A stretch of 64,000 nucleotides of DNA from a virus (taxonomy: Duplodnaviria > Caudoviricetes). Where the stretch lies: the IMG/VR virus record IMGVR_UViG_3300028809_000013, positions 332 through 64,331 of that record; one strand, given 5' to 3'. Position numbers and translations under genes: made by a program. Every line of letters starts with the position of its first letter. Position 1 is the stretch's first letter. The notes beneath the pieces were generated by a model. It did not search any database. It was given only the letters and a program-made list of their open reading frames with translations, and had not been told where the DNA came from. Positions 45,936 through 54,632 of the stretch are shown here, one piece after another.

Positions 45936-48715
45936 GAGCCTTCTTCAACTCGCTCCGCGAGTCGCTCCCGGTGCTCCCTGACCCGACGTTCCCGCGCCGT
46001 CTCGCCTCGCCTCTCCTGCGTCACTAGCTCCGGCGGCGCGACGCGGGCGAGGGTCGCATAGCGCTCGCCGTCCAGCATGTGCATACCTCCAGCCGTGTTC
46101 TTGTCCGGCCCCGGTGTGTGCGCTTCGTAGGGTTTGGGCTTCTTCCAGCGCAGGTTCTTCATCTCCCACAGCAGGCGCGAACCAGCCATGAATTCACCCT
46201 CGTCGCTGGCGTCCGCCCCCGGTCGCAGATGCACCCATTCGCTGTACAGGTTGTCAAAGATGTACCAGCGCGGCTCGCCCACGGCGCTGGGCGAGCCGCG
46301 CTCCACCGTCAGCGGCGGCTCCCGCTTGGTGCTGGGGGCCAGCAGGTTTTGCAGCATGCGAATGCCGGCGTCCACCGCCTTCAACTTCTGGTCGAGCTGC
46401 GTAAAGACGAGCCGGGCGCCGATCTCTGCCGCGGCAGCGTTCAACTCGATGCTGTCCTGTAGCGCAGCGGTGTCGATGTAAATGGTGAGCGTGGCGTCCC
46501 GGTCCTCATTCAACCACGGCAGCACGGGTGGATAGAACCGGCTCCGGGTCTTGCCCTCCTCGTCGGTGCTCTCCACCGTACGGCCCCTGGTGAGATCGCG
46601 CCACACCGCGGACACCCGCTGCTCCGCCGTCTCCCCGCTGCCGCTGAAATACTCGTACACCGTGTACACGCGCCCCGTCTCGTCCATCGCCTTGATGACA
46701 AGGGCGAAGAAGTACGCCGAGTCGCAACCGCCCCACACCTCATAGTGTTGCGGCACCTTGAAGGCGGGGATGACGTGCACCGCCGGGTCGAAATCCGCAT
46801 ACACGCCCCCGGTGCGGCGCTTGTAGATGCCGAAGACGCGTACCATCCGCTCCGCCGGGTCTTTGTAGCGGCGGGCGAAGCGGAGTACCTTCTCGCGGTC
46901 CATGTGGGGCACTTTGATGCGACCCACCCCCATGCTGGCGCGATCCCGCTTCTCCAACGCTTCGTCGTACTCCGCGAGCCCGCCTTCGATCACGTACACG
47001 TCCGGGTTGTCCCCGCCCTTGTTGCCCGCCGGCAGGTACAATCCCTCCTCCATCCAGCCCAGCCCGTTGACCGGGGTGACGGTGATGTAAATCTGCCCGC
47101 CCGTGGTCGCCACGCGCGCCGCGGCCTCGTTGAAGTGCTCCTCCGGCACCGGCTCGTCCAGATGGATGTGCCCCACCGCGTCACCCGTCCAGCTCGTTGC
47201 GGCCTGCTCGTACGACACGAACCAGATCCGGCAGACGCCACCGTCCACCCGCCGGATCGTGGCGCACTTGTGCTGCTCGCTCCAGTGCACCAGCAGGCGA
47301 TGCGGGACGAGGGAGAGAAAAATCTTCCGCGTCACCTTCTCGTAGAAAGGGAAATCCGGGAAACCGGACCACAGCGTCTCGATGAGCGGCACCCGCTTGT
47401 ACGGGTGCACACCGTGGGCTCGCCAGATGTTGTCAATATGTGCGATTGTCGTGTTGTGGGTAACAATGCAGTTCTCCACAACATAGGTACGCTCCGGGTG
47501 CGCCACCTCTATGCAGACCTGCTCGGTTTCTCCGGCGGGATCGATGCGAACCAAGATGCGTTCTTTGGTAACGCAAGGGTTTCTCTGGCGCGCCAACTTG
47601 CGGGAAAGCCTGAATAAAGGCACGTCGTGGACGCGTATGTTGACGCGGTACGACTCCCGTCCCAGCCGTTTTTCTCCTTTGTACGTGTACGATGTTCTGC
47701 GTACTCCCATAACCGCAGTACCACCCAACGACTGAGCCAGGAAAACAACCGCATCAGCCAGACACTTTGATGTAGAACTAAACTCAATCTGCCCATTCTT
47801 TAGCGCCGATCCATCCGTGTCCATCAGTCCTTGCAAGAGCGCAAGTCGCTGAGGGGCGTCGTTGTACAAATAGCAGTCGGGGACGTGTTTCTCCCATGAC
47901 CGCTTGCCCATCAACCCCAGCCCCCGCAGGGACGCAGTCAACGGGTTTGAACGAACGAAGTCCCCCTTCGCGTTGCGCGCATACGGGGCCGGTATACTCC
48001 AGTCGCAGTTTGTTCCTTTGACTTTTTGCAAACTGACGCCATCAGGAAGCAACCTGCGCACCTCTTCCAACAATTCATCATCAACGCTGGAAAGCCTAAC
48101 CGCATCTTTGCTGATCCCACCGTCGCCCAACAGCACGCCCATCAGATACGGGTCTACCGGCACGTCGCAAGCGGGCAAGCGCACAGCCCCTACGGCGGGT
48201 ATGCTGAACCTCTGAGGCGGCTTGGGCCGCATGCCGCCGGGGCTACTCAGAATGTCACGCAGCGAGTACACACCCCATTGCATGTAGCGCCGACCAAAGC
48301 TCTGCTTGCCAGTGGCGTTCGGGTTGGCTTTGACAAAGCGAGCCTGCGGGTCTTTGGCCTTCCACAAATGGTCCAAGCCGCAACGGGTAGAGGCGCCATC
48401 GTTGAAAGTAAGCCGGTACACCGGCTTCACACCTTGGGGATAGACCCCTACCACAGGAGTAGGCGTGCCATCTCCAGCTATCACCAAGTCACCCACGCAC
48501 AACTCTCCCATCTCACGCCATCCGCTCGGCGTGAGTACGGGAGTGTCTACCGGCATCTCCTTCCCGTACCGATTTGAGGCGATATTCAGGACAACGGGGT
48601 AGTCCGCAATGCAGTATTCTTCCTGTCCCTCGTGGGGGGTAAACGGAAACTCGGCGGGACGCAGCAAATCCCGCCGAGGAGCCCACGGAGATACCAGATC
48701 GTCAATCGCGCTCAC
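45932..48715 (-). CDS. terL: Terminase large subunit, intein-containing
   Basis: Walker A ASNRYGK/TT split by the intein; Walker B IHLDEP; TVTP..G; nuclease motifs GGCD and H.LD..RY. Confidence 0.9.
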   Translation of the reverse strand: MSAIDDLVSPWAPRRDLLRPAEFPFTPHEGQEEYCIADYPVVLNIASNRYGKEMPVDTPVLTPSGWREMGELCVGDLVIAGDGTPTPVVGVYPQGVKPVYRLTFNDGASTRCGLDHLWKAKDPQARFVKANPNATGKQSFGRRYMQWGVYSLRDILSSPGGMRPKPPQRFSIPAVGAVRLPACDVPVDPYLMGVLLGDGGISKDAVRLSSVDDELLEEVRRLLPDGVSLQKVKGTNCDWSIPAPYARNAKGDFVRSNPLTASLRGLGLMGKRSWEKHVPDCYLYNDAPQRLALLQGLMDTDGSALKNGQIEFSSTSKCLADAVVFLAQSLGGTAVMGVRRTSYTYKGEKRLGRESYRVNIRVHDVPLFRLSRKLARQRNPCVTKERILVRIDPAGETEQVCIEVAHPERTYVVENCIVTHNTTIAHIDNIWRAHGVHPYKRVPLIETLWSGFPDFPFYEKVTRKIFLSLVPHRLLVHWSEQHKCATIRRVDGGVCRIWFVSYEQAATSWTGDAVGHIHLDEPVPEEHFNEAAARVATTGGQIYITVTPVNGLGWMEEGLYLPAGNKGGDNPDVYVIEGGLAEYDEALEKRDRASMGVGRIKVPHMDREKVLRFARRYKDPAERMVRVFGIYKRRTGGVYADFDPAVHVIPAFKVPQHYEVWGGCDSAYFFALVIKAMDETGRVYTVYEYFSGSGETAEQRVSAVWRDLTRGRTVESTDEEGKTRSRFYPPVLPWLNEDRDATLTIYIDTAALQDSIELNAAAAEIGARLVFTQLDQKLKAVDAGIRMLQNLLAPSTKREPPLTVERGSPSAVGEPRWYIFDNLYSEWVHLRPGADASDEGEFMAGSRLLWEMKNLRWKKPKPYEAHTPGPDKNTAGGMHMLDGERYATLARVAPPELVTQERRGETARERRVREHRERLAERVEEGS
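47453..48559 (-). mobile_element. Intein with LAGLIDADG homing endonuclease (369 aa, class-3-like)
   Basis: Block A EMPVDTPVLTPSGW, block B DHLW, motifs YLMGVLLGDG and LLQGLMDTDG, block F VCIEV, block G IVTHN|T; visibly lower GC. Confidence 0.9.
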
Positions 48716-48909
48716 GGATTACTGCTTGGATTGAATGGGGGGGGGATTGTTCTAAAGGAGGCGGTTGCGTTCATGCGGCGGTACGATCCCGTACCTGCGC
48801 CACTTTCGTCGCTCCGCTGTCCGCTCCACGACGTGCAGCGCCACGGTGAGCAGCAGCGCCGGGGTGCAGAGCCCCAGCAAGACGACGATCCAATCCCATA
48901 GAGTCGTGT

Positions 48910-49212
48910 TCATGGCTCTTCCGCGATAGCCGGTTGTGTCGGGTTCTCCGAATGGTGACGGCAGCCCTGATGCTCAAAGGTAAGCAGGCCGGCGCGGTGG
49001 GACACAGGGTTCATACATACGCCCCAATCAGAACTGCCGCGCAACTCCGCGAACCAGATGCATCCCGTGGAGCAATCGCTACCCCACTTTCCGTTGCCCT
49101 CCCGGTCGTCCCTGCCGTACGGCTGGTAGTCTTCAGGCAGATCCTTCACAACACGCTTCGCCGCGATGTGTGTGACCCGCGCCGCCATGGGCATTTGTGA
49201 TTCATCCAGCAT
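48910..49212 (-). CDS. DUF3027-like Cys-rich protein
   Basis: CS.GC.WF..L.G..DWGVC.NP.S.RAGLLTFEH.GC. Confidence 0.65.
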   Translation of the reverse strand: MLDESQMPMAARVTHIAAKRVVKDLPEDYQPYGRDDREGNGKWGSDCSTGCIWFAELRGSSDWGVCMNPVSHRAGLLTFEHQGCRHHSENPTQPAIAEEP

Positions 49213-49339
49213 CGCTCACCTCCATCCGATGTGCAGGTGGGTCGCGACCCAGATCAGGCCGCCCACGATCGCCGCCCCACCGACGAGGGCGAACACGAGC
49301 ACCGCGTAGATGACTCGCATCCGGGGCATAAAGTCGTAG

Positions 49340-49717
49340 TCACCCATCGCTCACCTCCATGAGGTCGGACAGGTCGATCCCCTGCCAGGCGCAGTAGCAG
49401 CGGGCGATGGCTTCCTCATCCGAAGACCCCTCTGCGACGTACACGCCCTCCGGCGTGTAGGCTGAGAAGATCCCCGGCGTGAGGGCGTACGTCCCGCCGC
49501 CGGCTCGCATCTCTTCCACCAGTTCGCACACGTCGCACCAGTCCTGCGGCCAGCGGGGGACGACCGTGGGGCCCTCGTCGGCGTGCAGAGTCCCCGTCAA
49601 TCCAGTCGTCGGACCACCCCAGCTCCACGGCGGGCTGCGCTGCAAGTCCGTGTAGCCCTTGCGCACCGCGATCCGCCGTTGGATCTCCAGCAGCACCTCG
49701 TCCCTCGTCATCTGCAT
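49340..49717 (-). CDS. Hypothetical phage protein
   Basis: RIA...G, VP.W..D....ELVE.M...AIAR pattern; overlaps the upstream stop. Confidence 0.55.
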   Translation of the reverse strand: MQMTRDEVLLEIQRRIAVRKGYTDLQRSPPWSWGGPTTGLTGTLHADEGPTVVPRWPQDWCDVCELVEEMRAGGGTYALTPGIFSAYTPEGVYVAEGSSDEEAIARCYCAWQGIDLSDLMEVSDG

Positions 49718-50370
49718 CCGTCCTTTCCCAGCAGGCGGCGCACGGCGATAACGAATCGATCCCACCGCGTGGTCTGCCACGTAAGCTCGCGATACCGGCG
49801 CAAGAAGCGGCGCTTGGCCTTCGCGTGGCTCCACGGACGGCGCACGAACAGGTGCGAGTAGGGGGCATGGCTCAGACTCCATCCCTTGACGCGTCCGGGG
49901 CCATCCTGCGGCATAAGGTCGCGCGCCTCCGTCGCCAACATGCGCTCATCGGCGGTGACGACGCAGGCGGGCATCTTGTAGCGGCCCAGTTTGGACCGAT
50001 CACCAAGCCCGAATCGGTCCTCCACGCAATCCATCAACTGCGCCTCCATCTCCGCGTACCCCGCCAGCGATGCTCTGGCCGGACGGGGCACATCCACCAG
50101 ATACGCCTCGCTGGCGTCGTGCAGCAGGCCGTCCAGCGCGTACCTGCCGCAGCACTCGTACGACACGTGCACGCAGTGCTCAGCCACGGAGTAGTGACGA
50201 CGAACATGGCCCCCGAACCTGCATTGTAGAGAGAGCGCGTGCGCGATGTCTTCGATGTCGAAGTCCCCGGAGCGGGGATCAGCGGGATAATACCTGCGTC
50301 CGCTGCTGGTGCACCCCCAATCACCTACTCGCTCGCGCTCCTCGGTATGAGCATCCGCCTTGGCCGTCAC
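49708..50370 (-). CDS. HD-domain 5'-deoxynucleotidase (YfdR-like)
   Basis: IEDIAHALS.QCRFGGH...YSVAEH...LLHDASEAYLVD.PRP. Confidence 0.9.
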   Translation of the reverse strand: MTAKADAHTEERERVGDWGCTSSGRRYYPADPRSGDFDIEDIAHALSLQCRFGGHVRRHYSVAEHCVHVSYECCGRYALDGLLHDASEAYLVDVPRPARASLAGYAEMEAQLMDCVEDRFGLGDRSKLGRYKMPACVVTADERMLATEARDLMPQDGPGRVKGWSLSHAPYSHLFVRRPWSHAKAKRRFLRRYRELTWQTTRWDRFVIAVRRLLGKDGCR

Positions 50371-50597
50371 GGCACCGGCTTCCCGCTCACCACGTAGTCC
50401 AGCCCCAGCCCCATGGCGCCACAGATGCGCTTCAGCGTCCCCACCTTGACGCTCTCGATGGGACGCTTTCCCTTCTCGATGGAGCAGAGGTGCGTCACCG
50501 ACATGTCGGCCGCCTCCGCCAACTCATCCTGCTTCATCCCCCGTAGCGCCCGCGCCGCCTTGATGCGGTTGCCGGGGGTGGACGTCTCGCTTGCCAT
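50367..50597 (-). CDS. XRE-family HTH regulator
   Basis: GNRIKAARALRGMKQDELA...SIEKGKR; promoter TTGACT(50672)-N16-TACATT upstream. Confidence 0.85.
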   Translation of the reverse strand: MASETSTPGNRIKAARALRGMKQDELAEAADMSVTHLCSIEKGKRPIESVKVGTLKRICGAMGLGLDYVVSGKPVP

Positions 50598-50814
50598 TTT
50601 TATCTTCTCTCCCTCGCTGATGATACAGACTGCCATCCAACCTGAATGTAATGCGCGGACGCAAGAAGTCAACAGGCATGAAGCCATACCCACATCTCAC
50701 ATAACGGATGCAATCCACCGCTCCCTTGCCCATCATCAGCCACCTTCCTATTTTGTGGGCTGTCTCTTGTTTTAGCCACGGACTTGCATCTCTCGCCACA
50801 AAAGGAGCAACAGA

Positions 50815-51045
50815 ATGAAGTACACGCGCATCAGCTTCGGGATCGCGGCCTGCCTCGCCGTCATGGCGCTGGCCGCCTGCAACGACACCCCCACGCACGC
50901 CCGCGACTGCACGTCCCCGTCCGTCTGCGGCGCCAACGCGAACGGCGGCGTCCTCGGCGGTGGCGGTGGCCGCACCGACACCATCCCCCAGCCCTCCAGC
51001 ATGGGCGACTCCACCGGCGTTCTCGGGGGCGGTGGCGGGCACTGA
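50815..51045 (+). CDS. Small lipoprotein or secreted peptide precursor
   Basis: AAGGAG RBS; signal peptide with lipobox LAAC; GVLGGGGG occurs twice. Confidence 0.75.
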   Translation: MKYTRISFGIAACLAVMALAACNDTPTHARDCTSPSVCGANANGGVLGGGGGRTDTIPQPSSMGDSTGVLGGGGGH

Positions 51046-51066
51046 GCCTGGATCTTACCCACGTAG

Positions 51067-51115
51067 GTAAAACCAGAAGGGCGGCGCTCTTACGGCGCCG
51101 CCCTTCTGGTTTTAC
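51067..51115. terminator. Bidirectional terminator
   Basis: 21-bp inverted repeat including A/T tracts, between convergent genes. Confidence 0.75.
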
Positions 51116-51396
51116 TCGCCTTCGTACTTGGCGATGGCGGCACGCATCTGCGCGTAACTACGCACGCTCTTCGCCTCGCCAGCGTCACACTTCCGCACAA
51201 ACTCGCGACAGGCGGCCAGCAGGTCCGGCGCAGCATTCCAGCGGGCGCAAAGATGGCGGATGAATTCGGATGTCTCCTCCAAATCCAACATACCTCCAGT
51301 CTCCACAAAGAAACCGAAATCCCCCGCCTCCACAAAACCGTCATCCCCCGCCGTCAGTATCATACTTTCGATCCCCGACACCTCAACGTCACTCAT
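51112..51396 (-). CDS. Hypothetical protein
   Basis: AAPDLL.AC motif common in phage proteins. Confidence 0.65.
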   Translation of the reverse strand: MSDVEVSGIESMILTAGDDGFVEAGDFGFFVETGGMLDLEETSEFIRHLCARWNAAPDLLAACREFVRKCDAGEAKSVRSYAQMRAAIAKYEGE

Positions 51397-52231
51397 CTGT
51401 CACCTGTCCCTGTAGTTGGCTATCCAGCGTCAACCCGTGAACCTGCACCACCCCCAGCCGCACCATGATCTCGTCGGCACGGGCCCGCACGATGGGCTCA
51501 CGGCGCCGTGACGCGATGTGACGCGCGCTGGCCGCGTAGTCCATCGCCTCGCCCCGACGTCCCATCAACTCCGCCCCACGCGACACGTCCAACATCTGCA
51601 ACGCCACCCCTTCCTCCGCCCCCGCCAACTCGTTCACCGCGTGATCGAAGCGGCTCCGCGAAGAATGGAACCAACGCTCGTGCTGTAGCGTGCCGGCCGC
51701 GAACGCCTGCGAGGCGAAAAGCACCATCCGCTCGAACGGGTTCTGCGCGTAGAAGGCCGCCTGCGCCGCGGTCTGGTAAAGGAACCGCGCGTCCGTCTCC
51801 CGCCGCAGCAGGCGCAGGTACGACAAATCCTGCACGAAGGCGAACAGGCCCGCGGGAGAGTCCCGCCACATGTCCATCCGCACCACCGCGTGCGGCGAGG
51901 CGGTTCCCTTGTCGTTGAGCTGCATGGCCTCCACGAAGCAATCATGGTGCGCCGGTCCCAGCCATTCCGCCAGCCGGTTGCTCTCCGCCTCCCGCAGCGC
52001 GCTGCGGTAGGCCATGTACGCCTCCTCGTGCTCGGCGCGGTAGCGGTGCATGCGACCCACGCACGCGCGACTCTGGTACATGGTTTCCCCGTCCCCCACC
52101 GCGTGTGCCAGATCGTACGCCTTCTGCGCCATCTTGCGGCACAGGCCCACGTCCGCGATGGAGCGCGCCATCCGCGCATGCTTCAGCGTCCGCCGCGCCT
52201 CCTCGAACTGCTCCGGAACCTCCTGGATCAT
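51389..52231 (-). CDS. TPR-like helical repeat protein
   Basis: Repeated A..LA...GD, G......E.EEA...Y..AL and G...EA..YA..A patterns; start uncertain (ORF open to 52315). Confidence 0.7.
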   Translation of the reverse strand: MIQEVPEQFEEARRTLKHARMARSIADVGLCRKMAQKAYDLAHAVGDGETMYQSRACVGRMHRYRAEHEEAYMAYRSALREAESNRLAEWLGPAHHDCFVEAMQLNDKGTASPHAVVRMDMWRDSPAGLFAFVQDLSYLRLLRRETDARFLYQTAAQAAFYAQNPFERMVLFASQAFAAGTLQHERWFHSSRSRFDHAVNELAGAEEGVALQMLDVSRGAELMGRRGEAMDYAASARHIASRRREPIVRARADEIMVRLGVVQVHGLTLDSQLQGQVTDE

Positions 52232-52330
52232 GTCGCTTCCTCGCATCGGGACCGGACCCTTCCCATTGACGGGTGATGGCTGCCTGACTTTCGATACAAG
52301 ATAACTTCCGCGCACCTATCCGGTCAAGGA

Positions 52331-52738
52331 TTATCGGAGCTGGCGACTACCGGGAGCGAATGCTTCAGCCGCGGTGCGCACCCGCCCCATGGACTCGGCG
52401 TCATAACCCCAGCGGTTTCCGTCGTAACACCCCTCGCCAAAGAACCAACGGGGCACGGGCGTCGAGTGGCAAACGTACCGACGTAGCGCGATGATGAGGG
52501 CGCGCAGCGTTCCGCCTTCCGAGAAGCCCCGCCACCGTCCTTGCTCGTAGTGGGTGTAGACCAGCTTTCCGCTGTACTTGTCGCGGAGCCATACTCGTCC
52601 ACGAGCGTCAATCTCCAACTGAGAGACACATCCCTCGTGGTGGAAGAACTGACGACCACAGGAGGCGATAAGCCGTATGAATTCGTTGGCCTGCTCCAGC
52701 CGGGCGCTCTTCTCGGCCCGCTCCTTGTGGGTGCTCAA
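52331..52738 (-). CDS. Conserved phage hypothetical protein
   Basis: N..I..IAS.GR.FF...WRGFS.GGTLR.LI motif. Confidence 0.65.
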   Translation of the reverse strand: MSTHKERAEKSARLEQANEFIRLIASCGRQFFHHEGCVSQLEIDARGRVWLRDKYSGKLVYTHYEQGRWRGFSEGGTLRALIIALRRYVCHSTPVPRWFFGEGCYDGNRWGYDAESMGRVRTAAEAFAPGSRQLR

Positions 52739-53565
52739 CTTACACCAGTCCCCTTCGAGTTGAGCACCGCGTTGACGATCTCCTCCTGCAAATTCGCCAG
52801 CTCGTCCAACACCTCCTCCGCGGGCACCCCATGTCGCGCGCCGAAGGCGAGCAGGCGCCGCCGGTTGATCTCCAGCAGCGTTTGCGAAAACAGGCGGACG
52901 GCGCCGCCGGAAAGCGTGTCCTGCGCCGCCTTCACGCGCGCGATTTCCGTACGGGCCAGCTTCGCCTTCAGCTCCACCAACGCGTCGTATCGCTCCGTGG
53001 CCGCCGCCCTCTCCTTGTGCCACTCAGCAATCTCCTTGGCGCGCTGGCGGTGCTCGGCCTCCCTCGCCTTGGCCGCCTCCTCCCCGTGCACCTCCGGGTT
53101 CAGCATGGGCAGATCCAGCGGCTCCGGACAGGGGGCGGGATCGTCCAGCACCTCCACGGCGGCGGAAATCAACTCCTCCGTAATCTTCAGCTCGGGGTGG
53201 AGCGACAGGTAATCCATGTCGTCCAGCCGGTCGTGGTAGCCCGCGAGCCGCCCCCGCAGCGTGTACCGGGACGCGGTGCCGTTGCGATAGGCGGGGCTCG
53301 CGATCCCGGCCAAGCTGTGTCCGCCATGGTTCCGGCAGGCCGGGCGTCCATACCGCGGGTCGCCATCCAACCTGCTCGTCTGGATGGGGCTGCGGACCAT
53401 GCAGGGTTCATCGAAGCGGTTGCTCCGCCCGCAGACCTTGTAGCCCATGCGTCCGTCACACTCCTCGATCCAGGACACCCACTCCGCCGAACCGGGCTCC
53501 AGCCCGTGTCCCACCCGCTCGGGGAAGAGTGGCCCCCGCGGGTCCGTAAGCGCTGACGGCCTCAC
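52735..53565 (-). CDS. Putative terminase small subunit (HGGxSTG-like)
   Basis: CG......PC...CRNHGG.S..G.....Y..G..SRY followed by helical region. Confidence 0.6.
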   Translation of the reverse strand: MRPSALTDPRGPLFPERVGHGLEPGSAEWVSWIEECDGRMGYKVCGRSNRFDEPCMVRSPIQTSRLDGDPRYGRPACRNHGGHSLAGIASPAYRNGTASRYTLRGRLAGYHDRLDDMDYLSLHPELKITEELISAAVEVLDDPAPCPEPLDLPMLNPEVHGEEAAKAREAEHRQRAKEIAEWHKERAAATERYDALVELKAKLARTEIARVKAAQDTLSGGAVRLFSQTLLEINRRRLLAFGARHGVPAEEVLDELANLQEEIVNAVLNSKGTGVS

Positions 53566-54371
53566 CGCCGCTCCTCCCTGTCCCGCGCGATAGCATCCGC
53601 CAGCGCCAAGGACCGCTCCTCCGCCAGCAGGTCGTCCAGCGCTTCCGCCGGAGACGCAGGCTCCTTCAAATCCGGCAGCGCTGCGCGCATCTCCGCGTTG
53701 TAGCCGTTGTGGCGCTGACGGATCGCGGCGAGGGCAGCATACGCCTCGGCATGATCCTGCGCGGGAGCGGAGCGGAGGGCGGAAACGACAGAAGCCGCGA
53801 TCCCGTCCCACGGAAGACGGTTCATCTCGCGCGGGTAACTCTGCGCATAGTTCCTCAGAACTGTGACCACCGTAAGCCGATCGGCCTCCTCCCGCTCACG
53901 CGCGGTGGCCTCGGCCACTACCCTGTCCCACTCGGCGCCCGGTCCTTCGTCCGTCTCCCGCGCGGCTCCCTGCTGGGAGGGGACGGGAGGCGTGGCGTAA
54001 ACACGCTCGAACTCGCGGCCGGGGGCGAAGTCGGCCGGCGCGCCGTGCACGCAGCAGTAGGGGTCCAGCACGTGCGGGTGCAGCAGGCCCACCGAGCCGT
54101 CCTCCGGGCTCGCCCATTCACACGTGCAGCATACGCTTTCTTCCTCCCCGTCCCCCTGCTGTGCACCGGAGGGAGCATCCCCCTCCTCACCGATGAAACC
54201 GTTGGCCCGCCGCACCCGCTGCACCGCCTCGGGGATGGTGTCGGCACACTCCCGATTATCGCCCTGCGTCGCCCACCACACCGGAGACCCCCACACCGTT
54301 CCAGAACTCATCGTCACCGTGGGCTCATCGCTCGCCACGGTCACATACTCGCTCTCGTCAATCTCGCTCAT
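53562..54371 (-). CDS. Hypothetical protein
   Basis: GAGG RBS; starts just downstream of array D. Confidence 0.6.
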   Translation of the reverse strand: MSEIDESEYVTVASDEPTVTMSSGTVWGSPVWWATQGDNRECADTIPEAVQRVRRANGFIGEEGDAPSGAQQGDGEEESVCCTCEWASPEDGSVGLLHPHVLDPYCCVHGAPADFAPGREFERVYATPPVPSQQGAARETDEGPGAEWDRVVAEATAREREEADRLTVVTVLRNYAQSYPREMNRLPWDGIAASVVSALRSAPAQDHAEAYAALAAIRQRHNGYNAEMRAALPDLKEPASPAEALDDLLAEERSLALADAIARDREERR

Positions 54372-54395
54372 CGCCTCTGTCCTTGTGTCCGGTTT

Positions 54396-54625
54396 GGTTA
54401 CGTTCAAGACGTACGGGTGACTCTACACTCTACCGGCTCGTTCCAAATTCGTCCGGGTTACTCGTCTGCTACGACTCGTTCTTTTGGTCCGGGTTACTCC
54501 GCGCGGCCCGACTCGCTCTTAGCATACGGGTTGCTCTAGTACGGCGGCTCGCTCACACACTTCGGGTGACTATTCAGTTACGACTCGTTCCCGAATTCCG
54601 GGTTACTTGTGCCAAACGGCTCGCT
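54396..54625 (-). repeat. TIGR-like guide-RNA array D (6 units), directly downstream of the tas-like gene
   Basis: Minus strand reads AGCGAGCCG-tttggcaca-AGTAACCCG-gaattcggg-AACGAGTCG-taactgaat-AGTCACCCG-aagtgtgtg...; 7 nt gap after the stop codon. Confidence 0.9.
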
Positions 54626-54632
54626 GTGTGTC

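Noticed and set aside
8197-54625. Perfect self-targets of the guides within the window
   Set aside because: Spot checks by eye found only half or partial matches (e.g. spacer TCGAACCCG versus the T-arm at 10745-10753). The check was not exhaustive and needs a computed search.
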